A stretch of DNA of 63,070 nt, filler included, from Phoronis australis (GCA_002633005.1; 5 parts of 5 records of this genome joined end to end with filler, not necessarily neighbours in it), one strand, 5' to 3'. Shown: positions 25,545 to 58,669, counted from the first letter of the whole stretch. The notes: generated from the letters alone by a model not told the origin. Program-made: numbers and translations.

Positions 25545-25603
25545 CATGTCTCATACCTGATGATGATTTAAGGTATTAGATCGAAACGTTGATCATGAAC
25601 ATG
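25545..25603 (+). ncRNA. Putative (possibly degenerate) minimal type I hammerhead ribozyme, Penelope/retrozyme style
   Basis: CTGATGA (25557-25563), then stem gatttaa/ttagatc, then GAAAC (25583-25587) with palindromic AACGTT. Flanks catgtctcat and atgaacatg are imperfectly complementary. Confidence 0.4.
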
Positions 25604-26126
25604 GTTATCATTTCCACAATTAGCGTCCTATTAGGCTTACATAACGCGAAGTTGTCGTGAGGACACGATTGGGACCTCAGGGGTCTCACGCTCCACCGGC
25701 TTAATTTGAAAAGGCTTTGTCCAGTCACGCGTTGTGGGTCATAAATCGAGATAATAATACCAACAGCTGACGCGACAAGCAGAACTACTTTCTTTTACTT
25801 CATTTGTGCACTAACTGGAGAAATTTAGAATTAGACTTTTAAACACTATCCGATCGTCAACTTTTTTCGGGAGACTTAAATCTCAATGTAGTTTGCGCAA
25901 AGACGATGTGCAATTTTTGGAGGTGTATTGACGATGATCAACGTTAAAACGGAGAGCAAATAAGTGCGTAATTGATCATCCAATCGGTAGTTTTGCGAGA
26001 AAGCGACGACCTTGCCGAAATTGAATNNNNNNNNNNNNNNNNNNNNNNNNNNNNNNNNNNNNNNNNNNNNTTAATTAATTAANNNNNNNNNNNNNNNNNN
26101 NNNNNNNNNNNNNNNNNNNNNNNNNN

Positions 26127-26250
26127 ACTGAAGCCATATCATAAGAGACAGTTGTTATGTAAGATTACCCTCTAATTATGGACTGAAGCCATATCATGAG
26201 AGACAGTTGTTATGTAAGATTACCCTCTAATGATGGACTGAAGCCATATC
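26127..26250. repeat. 55-bp tandem repeat (about 2.3 visible copies, abuts a gap)
   Basis: actgaagccatatcatRagagacagttgttatgtaagattaccctctaatKatgg repeated. Confidence 0.85.
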
Positions 26251-27500
26251 AATTATGTTTAAGCAGCAGCCATCTTTAGACTATCTGTCTTGGAACAATG
26301 TCTTACTTCAGGAATTACTTTCCACAGAGCACTATATACACAATCTATGAAACTGGTCACCTCAAAATACTGTATTCATGGGCCAATTTTTGTGCTTCAG
26401 AAATGAAATTTGAAGGTTTCTAGTAATTAAGACAGATATATGCAGCCACGAACTTTTAAACACAGAAAAGCAACTGCAACAATCCAAAACAATGTTTCAT
26501 AACTGCTAGGCAGCTGTGTGGTATGTAGTAACCGAGTCATTACAAACCCAACAGGCTCAGCATGTTGCCCTCTCAACTAACACTGGGGATAACTGAGGAA
26601 GTCGGTATGTGCACTGGGAGGTCAAATGAAATCTCGCTGGCAATGGGCATTGGAGAGGTTTTTGCGTTTCTTTTCCTGAAGTATGCTTAATGCAATTTTT
26701 CAATGAGCTAAGCTTAAATTGTTGCATAAATACCGCTCATTTTGATTTTGTGTATCATACTAACAGCAAATTTCTGCAGTGGTATAAATTAATGACACTC
26801 ATCATATTCCGGCCATTTCCGTAAAAATGTATCAGAATTCTTACACGTGTGATTTCCCCTAACCAAGCCTTAATTGCCTTAACCGATCTGTGCCATTTTG
26901 AAGCTTGGAGATGAGGTTTTTGTGTAAGTGGAGCAAGATATGTCGACGGGCTACTGAATGAAAGGTGTCTTTATACTGGTTTAATTCAACTGTGATGCTC
27001 CCGTGCAAAAATGCAGTATCTGTTGCCTTATTTGAACAGTTTGAGTCTTCGTTATGTTGACCTTATGTCTCAAGTACATACAAGACTACACCGCAGATCT
27101 TGTCCTAGATGTACGGTGAGATCACAGTCTGTGTTTGGATTAAAAATAAGTCGTGTTCAACTAGAAAACGCTTCAAAATAATGTGGTAAAGTTCCTTCAA
27201 ATTAGAACTCAATATAATGGCACAGTAAAATTTTAACAAACTTTTTCCCAAAAGTAAACAAGAAGACAAATTTTGCTTGATTGTTTGAAAACTTCATTTA
27301 GCACGGCTGTCATCAAGAAACACTAGATGAAACTTTTAACATTTGTGGCAATGCAGTAAGTACTTGAAAATTAAAAAATGACCATTTTGGCGGTTATTTT
27401 TGTTTGACTTTGAGGACACTCTACAGAAAATGATTTATATCTGTTTTAAAACTTTTTGTTTTTTCAGTGATAATGGCTTGTCGTGCACTAGTACATCAGC

Positions 27501-46810
<19,310 letters not shown>

Positions 46811-49800
46811 ACTGTTACAGTAGATATATTTCGGTGTGGGCAAATATTAAACGCATCAGTGTATCGTCTGGTATGTTATGAACATTGTATGACTTTATGA
46901 AGATGTTTAGTAATGGTGTATTTGTCACTATTGTGATGAGATTTGTACCCGCAACGCAATGCTTTAATCAGATCATGTTGCCAACAATTTCGTAGGTTTT
47001 GGTTTATATTTGCCCCATTCAGGTAACCATAGGGCATCTTAGTACTTGAAATTTTTACAAAATTATGTGGCTGGATTGATCGGTGTGTGCTGATAACTAC
47101 ACCCATTCCGTCGTCCTTGGGAGTTGAGACGAATTAGGAGTGACTAGGTACATAGCCTGGTAATGATTTCAAAGGGCTTAGTAATTGAATCCGCTTTGTA
47201 AAAACTGACCTAATTATTTTAATTTTGCATTGTAATTTTATTTGATTGAGCCCAAAATGATGTCATACACTAAACAAGCCTATACTGTTTTTAAGACTTG
47301 CTAAGTTTGTACACTGTAATGTTCTAGCTGTGTTATGGTTAGAGCTAGTAATCAGAATTCTTGGTATCAAGGTTTTTGGTAGAGCCAGGAGGAAAGCCCA
47401 CCTTTAAAATTAACCTTTGGTGTCATTGACAGTTAGTATGCCTTAGTGTCTTGTTAATTTTACTACACGGTTGTGTAAACTATAATATTGCAGTCCAACT
47501 GAAAATCCAGTCGATGTTTTTGTGGACCTCCAAGAGATGTCAGCTCTGCAAAGTATATTGAATCCCCACTGAAAACCGATGTTTTGGTTTGTGTTTAGGA
47601 GTGGAGACCTTTGTTTTGCTTTTTAATACACCAAGTTAGTGTTTCTAGTTATAAAAACCATGTTAAAGGCATGGACCAACGGAATGAATCATGGCTGCCA
47701 AATTGATCATTCCAGTTTGAAGTTAGCAATTTCCACGTGGCCTAGTAATTAGTGCTGTACAAGACTTTAAAAGAAATATGACGTTGTAAGCATTGCACAC
47801 GGAAGCAAGTTATTGTCCAGCTGTAGAAACTAGTAGGTGCCATGTAGCATACGGGTCTGTGATCCAAGGTGTCTATTCAGACACTAAGTATTGCATTGTC
47901 TGCAAGTTTAGTGGTCGTGCCATGCAGAACGTCCTGCCAGATATTGTGTTATGTTCATGAGTATTTGTCTGAATTAATAATAAATGGTACTTAGTAATGT
48001 TATTTGTTTTTTGTATTATTCCTTTTCTTAAAATTTTCATAGGCTGGCTGACCACTTGGTTGCCTCACCAGAGGCAAAACACTCTACCCTTTGATGAAAT
48101 TAGTGACATGATCTTGCTGGGTCAATTTGCTCAGTTTCATCAAACTTTAGTGAAACAAATGGAGGAAAAAGGGCAAAGTAGTCCAGAACTGAACAATGGT
48201 TTGAATTAGAATACGAGCTCTGGGATTAGACTCGGGCTGTAGAAAATGATAAAATTACACTTACGTCTATTGGCACAATATACGGTAAAAGTTCATGAAT
48301 TTAGGATCATGTAACATAATTATGGTGGACAAGTGAAACCTTATTTTTTTCATATTACGTTCCAAATAAAAGCTTTACCATTTTTAATTGCTGATTAATA
48401 CTAGGAGACACTATTTGAGAAATTGTAGGCATTCGCAATTATAGCTTTTGAATTATGAAAAAAGAATTCCAGAACAACTTTAACAGTATATTAATTACTT
48501 TTGTCCGAAATTGGAAAGATTGAACTGCAAAAAATATCTCCCCCAACTGTTCGTCTCAAAATGTTTAGGTATTACCACAAAAGAAAGCGACAAAAATGAG
48601 CACAACCATACTGAAAAGCATAAAAATGAAATATTTTACATACCGGCCCACCAATCGTAAAGCTGCATGTGCGTGGGAAGGGCGAGAGGTATCAAATATT
48701 AAGGACAGCCAATTGCAAAGAGTTACAGAAACATTCCTAGCATTTTGGTCTAAAGGATCATAATGGTCATCAATCACAAAATAGGGTGAAATAAGCAGAT
48801 TATGGCCATTAACTTTGTTCAGTACCTCTTTTGAATTTGGTGATGAGGGTTTTCAAATATTGGTTGCAATATTACATCAAAAAACCCATGAATGAGTATC
48901 AACAGAAATTTATTGGAGCTGTGAGTATACAATCTGTCTTCAAACTTTTCCCCTGACCATTTATTTTTGAAAACGGTACAGGTCTGTATTAAATCTAGAA
49001 CTTCCAATCACAAGCATTTTAAGTACTAGGCACCTATGCAGAATTACAAATGTGGGATCGACAAGACTTGATAATATGAAAACATTACAGTAAATAAGAG
49101 TACAAAAATAACAGACATCAAGACATTATTTACCTAACAGATACATGCACAGTTCAGCACTGACTTGGCAGCATAAAAGTAATCCAAAAATTAATGTACA
49201 AGTATTGACCCTGAACACCATAAACAGTACCATTACAACTCCATATACATAAGAATGACACTGTCAGTTAAAAACACTGGACACTAGGATACTTCAATTG
49301 TTACCTTTCGTTTCGCACTAAACAATCGTTCTTAATATCAACACTTATTTAACACAAAGCTTCTAATGACACATCAGACACACGGGAAAACTAAATCTGA
49401 CTCAAACTATTCCTCTGGTGACGTGAAAAAATTATTGAGAGTTCCCAACAGGTGTGGGAGAATTGAATACCAACTTGGTGCTCGCGAAAAAGCTGAGCAG
49501 ATGGCACATTCTAAGTTGATCTCATACTTGTGAACCATGATAAACTTCTTTCAAGAAGGACCACCCACAATTTGAATTTTCCTCAAAAGACAACCACCCA
49601 TAAATTTTTATATCAAGTGCACCCCCCATACGGATTTTGCTGGAACAGCCTTGACATCCAGATACTACTAAGCTGACTCTCATAATAGCTTTCACTACAT
49701 TCTTTCCTTTCCTAGTTTTTCTTACTAGCTACACCCAAACAGCCAATGATAATTGCCCCGTCTCAAATAGAACGTTCTGCTTTTGAGAGGTACAGATTAG

Positions 49801-50167
49801 TATATTAATTTCATGATTGATATAGTTGTTGAAATGTCAGGCACTTGTAAAAGAAGTCAGACAAGCATGCATTATGCGGATCTGGAATAAGTTTTTTAGT
49901 TTGTAAAATATCTTCAGTTGGTACCAGTCTTCTGGCACACTGTCTAACAGAGATACTCTGATGACAATATAATTCCGATATCAAATAATGACCAACAGGC
50001 ACGAGACATGAGAAGCTGCTGGATAAGTGCCTGACAAATGTGGTGCTGTGTGTAAATATTGCTGCTAGTCCTTGACTTCGGGACAGGCCAGGTAATCACT
50101 AAGTTAACAGGACACAACACCGTTCACCTAAACAGACATTAAAACAATGACAGGTGTGAAGTTCTCT

Positions 50168-50269
50168 TTATGACTTGTACAATCCAGCGGCAGTCTCAAT
50201 AAATGTAGCTAGTTTGGCATCCTTCAATGAAAGACCACCGACATCGTGGGTGCTTAGAGTGATGTTGAC
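50168..50269 (-). CDS. PCBD1: PCBD last coding exon
   Basis: [33 protein letters not shown] followed by TAA. Acceptor ttgcttacag. Confidence 0.92.
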   Translation of the reverse strand, partial: VNITLSTHDVGGLSLKDAKLATFIETAAGLYKS

Positions 50270-52667
50270 CTGTAAGCAAACAAGTCATGTATTCAAACTG
50301 TAATAAATTAATGTATTCTAGGATGTGTTAGTGACTCAAGACTTGAGAAAGAAATTTGTGCTTAAGCCTCACACAACTATTTTTGAAAGATGATTAAATC
50401 TCACATGAGTGAGCGAAAATGGAAAGCCCCTTTATACAGTCATGTAACTGCTAGTAAGAAATACTGACATAATTTCCATCCAATTATTTCTAAACTGTCA
50501 TGTGCTCATAGTTACTTGGCTAATACATTGTTGAGCGATTGTGAAGTAAGACCAAGTCCAAAATTATTTGTCTTGAGTCACTTTCATGAAACATACCTCT
50601 GGTATTAAAAATTGCTTTCCTTACAAGAGTGTTTGCACTTCAAAAGCAATGTTATGTTAAACTCTTGTTTGAACTGAAATTGACTCAATAAGCATATGCC
50701 AAACTATCCTGGCAGCCATGCTGCTACAGCGACTGATGCACAACCCAACGTGATAGGCAATTAATGAGCTTGATCTTTAAGGCAAGTAGTCCCCTTTTCT
50801 TAAGCATAGAAATCATTTGAAGTAATCAATGTAAATTACAAGGTGAGACTAATTTTATGAAAAGTGGCCCATTCAAATGTTGCTTTTGGACAGTAGACTT
50901 AAGTTTTTTCTTTTGCATCTTTAATCATATTATATACAACCAGATATTATTTCTTCCTAATATCTTAAGAACTCATTTCGAACCTGGCATCAGCTAATTT
51001 TGCTCATCATTTCAAGTCATTTAGAAAAGAAAAAACATGATTGTTTTTAACAAAAACTTTGTAACTGATCGGTGTACTACCTTAATACCTGGTTCTATGA
51101 TGTTCAAGGCAGAAGAAAAACTCAGGCACAGTCGTGTTGATTGAATGCACACAATTGGAAAATTCATTCAGATTTAATGAAACACAGTCACTTAATACTA
51201 CTCACTCTGTTGTAAACATTAAACCATTCAGGATGATGATCCATTTTTTCAGCCAACAGTGCAACTCTCGTCATAAATCCAAATGCCTAAAAATGAGCAA
51301 AGTTCATACCATCAGTGGTTTGATAAGACAGCACACATCAGTAATTTGATCTTAAATTTTGACTTTCATAATAAATGCAAACTTTTTGGCCACACAATTG
51401 GGCTGCGCTGTAGAGCTAAAAAATTTTTTGAGTTACAATGGTGGTATTCTAATGCCCAAGAGCAAAATTTCACAGAAAATGTGCATTCAAGTGACGCATA
51501 CATGTCGAATCTTTGACTGATGCTCACTATACATGGCAGAAAAATTTTTCTCGCCTAAACACTGATGCCAACTGCTCCCAGTCGCCGCATTTTACTCGAT
51601 GTTTCCTGACTTGTTTTAACACGTCCCTGCGACCTGTTCAGGGCTTAGAATGACCAAAGAGGAAAATTTCCAGGTGATTATAATCATTCCACAGTGTGAT
51701 AGAAATATTTTTTGTGTTGTAAAGGTTAACTGAAATAAACGTTTTTACACAAATAGTCAAAATAATGAAAAAATAGACAAAAGCAGCGGAAACTGGAAAT
51801 CAGATAAGAGAAAATCGAAACAAAAAAGAGGAAATCCTTTTAAAAGACGAGGAAAATTCTAAGCCCTGCCTGTTTGCCAGACCTGCAGCATGTTTGAATG
51901 GCCCGCAACCTATTTGAAAAATAGCGACCAGTTTGGAATAAAGGTATCCCCATCAGCAACTGATTTTACCACTTTACATCTGGAATAGAAACATCTGGCC
52001 ATAGACAATTGAAAGTGACAAACGAGTAATGCAATAAATTACAAGTAAATGTGCACAACAGAGAAAGTTGTCTTCAGGCCCGTTGGATGGCATTCACTCA
52101 CTTACAACATGTTTGAGTTTTCAGTTGTGGAGAATACTTTAACAGCTCTTAAAAGTCAAAATTTTTTAGTTACATCGGATCTTAGATTTTAAAAGCCAAG
52201 TTTTAACAATGAGCAGTTAGGTTTTTAACAGGTGAGTAAAACTTGCATAAGTCAGAAATGAACATAAGTTAGATTTTTGTTCAACTTGTACAAAGTACTG
52301 CAGTACGATTTTCCCAGTAAGTGCAGTCACCCCTTTAGATAAGAAAGATTTCACCTTACTCAGATGAAGTCACTCTGTCCTGCTGGATTCAAGTTTTAGC
52401 GTAACTTAAAAATTGAAATTTACCTTTTGGACCCCTACCTGACTCACACATCATGAAAGTTTGCATACAAATAATTTTTCAGAGTCTATTGTGTATTTAG
52501 TGAAAGACAACACATTGCTCATGGCTCACTTCATTAAAGTCTTTAAACTGAAACTCCTTGTAAATAGCATCTCTTCCATCCACCATACTCCAGCCAGCTC
52601 CAGTGAGGGGTGCTAATGCTTTGGTTCTTTCATCTCCATCCAGCTTACTTCTTTTAGGACTTGATGC
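50168..52667 (-). CDS. PCBD1: Pterin-4-alpha-carbinolamine dehydratase / DCoH (PCBD1/2 orthologue). Exons 52667..52530, 51286..51206, 50269..50168; start-codon exon not located
   Basis: Joined translation [46 protein letters not shown]|[27 protein letters not shown]|[33 protein letters not shown]. Hallmark motifs [11 protein letters not shown] and LSTHD; all introns are phase-0 GT-AG. PCBD1 versus PCBD2 cannot be distinguished from this. Confidence 0.93.
51206..51286 (-). CDS. PCBD1: PCBD exon (catalytic DHHPEW motif)
   Basis: [27 protein letters not shown]. Boundaries tttttag| and |gtgagt. Confidence 0.93.
52530..52667 (-). CDS. PCBD1: PCBD exon (N-terminal part)
   Basis: [46 protein letters not shown]. 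Boundaries tttctcag| and |gtgagc on the minus strand. Confidence 0.9.
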
Positions 52668-53689
52668 CTGAGAAATAGCATTATTACATTAAATCTGATG
52701 GCATCAGCAATTTCTCATAACAACAAAGGTCAAATTGATCTTTCTCACATACGCTTTTAACAGTTTGTGCATAGCTTATAACAAATTATTAGTCATGGAT
52801 GGTTGCACTTCGCAAGTAGTTTTGAGTATTTTATTGCCAGTGGACTGAAATTTTGAGCAAATCTTGTTTTAATGAAGTCATCACCATCTACAGATATATG
52901 GAACTTAACATCAAGCAACTGGCACGTACGCATATCACGAGCATACAGGTATTGAAATCGACAACCGAAATCTTTGTTACAAAATTGCCTTAATAGACAT
53001 GCGCGCACCCAGGGGGGGGGGCTCGGGTGAACAAAAAGGTCCACCTCGGAGACAAACAAAAAGTCCGAAAAAGTAGTAAACGAGACAAAGGCCACTAAAA
53101 AGGCAGGAAATACCAAAGCAATGCACAATTCATAGCTCTGAACGCCTGTACTCCGTTTTTTTAGTAAAAGATCCACGTTCTCAAAAATTCGAGCCCCCCN
53201 NNNNNNNNNNNNNNNNNNNNNNNNNNNNNNNNNNNNNNNNNNNNNNNNNNNNNNNNNNNNNNNNNNNNNNNNNNNNNNNNNNNNNNNNNNNNNNNNNNNN
53301 NNNNNNNNNNNNNNNNNNNNNNNNNNNNNNNNNNNNNNNNNNNNNNNNNNNNNNNNNNNNNNNNNNNNNNNNNNNNNNNNNNNNNNNNNNNNNNNNNNNN
53401 NNNNNNNNNNNNNNNNNNNNNNNNNNNNNNNNNNNNNNNNNNNNNNNNNNNNNNNNNNNNNNNNNNNNNNNNNNNNCTCGTGTCTGACAGAGACAAAGCT
53501 TAAGTACACAATTTCAACCAATCAGACACGATCTGAAGGGCAAGGCCCATAGCTCCTAGCTTCTGACCATATTTGGCCATGTCCAAAGGACTCAACATCA
53601 TAGGAAAATTCCATACGTAATACACAGCTTGACCACTAGAGGGCGCATATATCTCACTTACATGATCATGTCCAGGGCACTCCTGTTAC

Positions 53690-53850
53690 ATAAGACACAT
53701 AACCACAAAAGCTCATGAGAGTGAAAACACAACATGGTAAGGTTTGCATAATAAGACACATAACCACAAAAGCTCATGAGAGTGAAAATACAACATGGTA
53801 AGGTTTAAATTGCATAATAAGACACATAACCACAAAAGTTCACGAGTGAA
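53690..53850. repeat. ~61-66-bp tandem repeat, about 2.5 copies
   Basis: ataagacacataaccacaaaagctcatgagagtgaaaa... repeated. Confidence 0.85.
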
Positions 53851-54917
53851 AACTGAAAATGTGGGGCTAATTCATCTCTCAATCTGTACTTCACCAAGAA
53901 CAAAATCTCCACAGGTCAGGTGACTTAATTGTGATTTCAATCTACTATAAGTCTAAGACGATTATCCTATGGCTACGCTGATTGCATCTCATCAATATCA
54001 GAAAAATACTAATGGTGGGAAGATTTATTTTATTTAAAGACCGTTCTTAACTGATTTTTTGTGTTAGTAATGAATCCGACTATATCTTCTGATGCTATGT
54101 GGTTGTTAGATTTTACCAGCAACAATCACAAACAAGCTAGATCAATATTGCAGTTTGCAAGCAATGGTGTGTCTGGTTGGATTATTTACGAAAACCCAAA
54201 GGCAAAGATCCTAACCACCTTGACTTAACTCTTAAGACAACGATTGTCATAGTGTCAGTAGCAATTGAATTGTGTGGTATTATTGCCACTGCAACTGGAT
54301 GGTATGCCTCTCATGGACTGAAAATGTAAGCTTTGCTTAAACTTGCCAACATTCTACCCACATCAATTTCATAATTGTGCTTTGACATTGTGACATGCAC
54401 AGTTATTGAATAAACACCGTGCCCGTGTAGATAGTGACCATTGTCTCTAGCTGAACTACAGACAGTGAATTTCGTATAGGAGCTTGATACGCTGGAAGCT
54501 TTTCGGCGAATTATGCCTCAGTCTGACTAAATCCTCAGTCACGATATTATAAATATCTTTTGCACATAAAGGGACACCTTAGGAGGCCGTCGATGTCTTT
54601 AATTCCTTCCAACTCGAACAAATACTCTCATTATCAAACTTATTCTTCGAGTAGTCCCTCATTCAGTTCCCAAAATTGGGCCAGNNNNNNNNNNNNNNNN
54701 NNNNNNNNNNNNNNNNNNNNNNNNNNNNTTAATTAATTAANNNNNNNNNNNNNNNNNNNNNNNNNNNNNNNNNNNNNNNNNNNNTCGAATAAAAGTGTTT
54801 GCGTAAAGATCCGTTTCATGAAGTTTTTAACAAAAATGAAGCGGAAATAGTGCCTTTAAGGCCATGACGCAGACTGCCGAATAGATAGATACATGTACAA
54901 ATAAAGTAACACGTCAG

Positions 54918-56408
54918 GTGACCGCATGATGGTGATACACAGCAGCAGGAACAATATCGGTCACCACAAAAGTGGGGTATGCACGGTGAAAGGAAGAGTC
55001 TAAACGGAAACGGGTACGTAACTTCTGCAGTCTACTCATTACTGACTTATAGTGAGATTGAATACCTATTTCCTTGTAAAAGACCTCTGCCGTGGGTATT
55101 CGATCTGGCAATGAACTCGGCCTCGCACTTTCTCCGCGAGTGGAAGTCCGGAAGCCCGCCTTTAACTACCAGTACATTGAGGATATCGAAATGATCTCCA
55201 ATGGGGACCGCCCTGTTGTTGTGCAGGATCGTCTGTCTATGACCGTTCATTCTCGTTCGTTACAAGTCTACCCAAAATACTAAGCGTGAGGACAGTTAAA
55301 GAGTAATTTGCAAAGTCCAAGCATGTTAAATTGCAATAATAATGTATCTTCAAGGTATTGCTATTTGGACGTATTTTATTCAAATTGTCGTATAATTTAG
55401 TTATTTTAAAAAAGCGAAAATAAAAAGTCCGCGAAAAGTGGAGCTTTGACACCGTGACATGTGTTGGAACACAAACTAGACCATATCCCACAATGCAGTT
55501 CACCGCCATTATATCACAGTATACGACGAACAAAGACCGTTCAATCTTGGCGTGTTTTAGTAATGGTGCATCGGTGTGTGTGTGCGGTAACTGTTCTAAC
55601 ATCACCCAGGCGTGAGCCCATTTAAATTCTCAAAAAGACAAGCATCTGGCCCCGTAATGGCACACTTTCGTGTGCACTGCTCGTCTTCAGAAAATGACTG
55701 TCGAGTCAAATTCTGTCGGAGCCCGGCGAAGTATGCTCCGACCACTTTAGGGCACGGCTACTTCGACGACAAACACATCATGAAGGTTGAAGCTGGTCTT
55801 GTAAAAAGGTAAGATACCTTGACAACTTTCATGTATAAGAATTCATGACGCCTTCGCAGTGCCTGAACAATAACGATCTTTATAACGATCTTTTTTCACA
55901 ATCACCATAGTTCTCAGGTGTCTAAAATATGTTGTTTTCCTTAAAAGATTTCATTATAAATGGATCAGTAAAACTAAACGCAACAACAAATAAAGCTGAT
56001 CTCAAAAGATGCATGCATTTTGAAAAGAATGTAGACTATGAATAAAGTAAAACACGATGGTAACTCAATTCCATGGTTTTGATTATTAAAGTAATCTGCT
56101 TAAAAATGATTAAAATGTAGTTTTTGCTTTTACTTGAAGGTTATAAAAGTAGGCGAAAACTTGCAATTATATATCGTCGTGTTTTACTTTAATCATGGGC
56201 TACTCTGGATTCAATTTTTTTTTACTTTTGAATTGCTGCTGTTTTGCTTTTCAGAGTATGTAAATGAAGTACGGGAGAACACACTGACTTAGTGCGGAAC
56301 AGAAAAGCTGGTGATCTTGAAATTCGCTTAGAAATTGATTGCCCCTCCAATGCTCTGATTGCTGGTGCTCCACAAATGCGTCCAAGGAGAATGCCGTGGC
56401 ACAGATGA
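54918..56408 (+). pseudogene. Degenerate multi-exon coding-like sequence of unknown family
   Basis: Exon-like blocks at about 54918-55012, 55083-55285, 55610-55808 (open reading, AG|gtaaga donor) and 56254-56408 (ttttcag acceptor, internal TGA). Stop codons occur in every consistent joined frame. Confidence 0.3.
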
Positions 56409-56664
56409 GGATCCGTTGTCCAAATAAATTCAGACTTGCTGCTTTGTCAAATAGACAGCACTGGAATTACTTCCCGTCACATATTTTGACAGTCACTACC
56501 AATGTTTTAGATTAAAACTTTTTATAGTGGTACAAATAGCAACGCCAGAGTGTTTATAGTACCAGTAGGCCTACTGGAAATTGTGAAAAGCTTTTGCGTG
56601 TGGCATTGGCTGTCCCGTTTGTATAGATAAACCCAGTGATAAACTATGTTCTTATATTGAAACC

Positions 56665-56807
56665 AGTGGCGGATTTAGAAGGCGTCATGGCCCTCCCTAA
56701 AATTCTCCCAGATTCCATTTGACAGTTCGAGGTGCGAATGTCTGAGCAAAATCCTGGCTAATACTGTGCCGTGGCCCCCCTGACTCAAAATCCTGAATCC
56801 ACCCCTG
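56665..56807. mobile_element. Small hAT-like MITE (CAGTGGCGGA-type termini)
   Basis: cagtggcggattt ... aatccacccctg. A related end, gatccgccactg, lies at about 58529-58540. Confidence 0.45.
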
Positions 56808-57670
56808 GAATAGACTCCAGTGGTTACGTACCCGTTAGACCCTTCCTCTCATGAGCACCACACAGTTAGTTGTAGTGACCGATATTGTTCCTACTGCCTA
56901 TTTTGTATCACCATGCGGTCACATGACGTGCTAGTTTCTTTACATCTACATGTATCTGTTCCGCAGTCTGTGCCATGCCCTTCAGTTGTTAAAGAGCGTA
57001 GGCTACAGCTCGAAACGTGGGGAGTATTTTAACATATTTTAGATCCCACACTCGTCTCTTTACTTTTGCTGTTTTATATTCTTATCCGTCGGTAACTGCA
57101 CGGCATTCCAGCATCTGTTTTATTTATTCATGAATATTTCCCTATTTCTGATGTGACCTTGTTTTTGTTTGACACTCGCTGACTGTAAGTCCATTTTGGG
57201 AACTTTACAAACCGCGGAAAATGTTATTTGTGGTTCCAAAAGCAGGCCCACGGACAACTGGGACATTTTGGGTAGACTAACTGTAGTGTTCAGTCTGATA
57301 GTTTTGTATGTCTTGGTATTCGCACTCGATGACTGATTTTATGTTTTGCTTACTTTCACAATATCCGTTAACTTAACGCCTGCTCGTAAAACCGTTTAAA
57401 AAGGTTTCATAAATAATCATTTATTAATACGCCTTTCCGTAAATCACCTCAGTATGTTTCTCCCAGGAGATATTTGCGCTGAGTGATGAAAACTCTAACA
57501 GCTTTACAGTTCACCAGTTCTTTAAATCTTGTTTTCGTACCAGACTCGGACGCGGATACGAGCAATTCCCACACGCCGGATTCAATTCTCTTCTGTCGTG
57601 GAGGTAGAAAAACTACTTAATGATTGTGTGACTGGCCTAGTTTTTGGAGAGTAAAGAAACCTCGAGATCT

Positions 57671-57823
57671 GCCTCTCGCTCAGTAACACTAGGACCTCGC
57701 AAAAAAGCAAAAATTCGCGAGATTACGTGAGATATTGCCGTGCATTTTAAATGAGAGCACGTGACTTTGACTAGGTTTTATCTAGGTCTTAGCGTAGGTC
57801 CTAGCGTCTACTGAACACACGCC
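57671..57823. mobile_element. ~150-bp MITE-like dispersed repeat, further copy
   Basis: cagtaacactaggacctcgc...cgcgagattacgtgagatattgccgtgcatttt...ggtcctagcgtctactgaac, closely matching 10298-10450. Confidence 0.7.
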
Positions 57824-58669
57824 TGAGTTTGACAAGGGATGGCCACTAGAGTTTATCACGCTCCACTCACCTTTCCATTTTTGATGTGCTCCTCTAACTC
57901 CAGCTCCACATGCAACAGTGAAGCCGTATTTCGCCCAGTTTAAATGGCTGAAAACGAAATCCTTTTACTCTCATAAAGTCGGTCTCATAATTTCCCCTGC
58001 CACGATGGTTATATTTTCGTGTCCAACGAAAACATTGAAACCATCAAGGACTCAAGAAAACCTCGCAAATCCGAAAATGGCACACATATGCTTGTGACTT
58101 GAGTTGGGGGAATGAAAACAGAATCCTGTCACGGTAAAAACCTGAGACCCGGTTACTAATTCGGTTTTTGTGTTAGTAGCCAGCTAAGAACTGACGGCGG
58201 AATGTACATGTAGCTTTGATTTGTATTCATAATGAGAAATGGCAAACTTGTTTTACTCCAAAATTGTTGTTTGAACGGTAGCAGTGTACAGCTGAGGGGA
58301 AAGAAAGGTGACCTAGAAGGGTAGTGCTGTGGGTAAATCATATATTACGGATTGAAGGGGGAGCGGTATTGGATGAGGGGAGGGGCCCAGACCGCACACA
58401 ACGGTGTTCCCGTTTTTTTATTTTTTTCTTAGTCCGCCGACAGACTTTGCAAATAGAAAGTGCATACACGTTCGCGCTTTGCCCAATTCCCCGAGACAAC
58501 ATGTTGCCCCCTCCCTTATGTTATCCTAGATCCGCCACTGAGTAGATACTGTAGAGTCAAAGAGAGCGTTCCCTCAATCGTAAGTACAAGAGAGCAATCT
58601 TTCAGCAACCTTCTCTCGGATAATGATAATGTCATCGCGTTCATCTGTTCATCCCTTGAATGTTGCACA

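Noticed and set aside
48735-48778. Hammerhead-like ttgatga...gaccaaaatgc on the minus strand
   Set aside because: Both core boxes are mutated and no convincing stem II is present.
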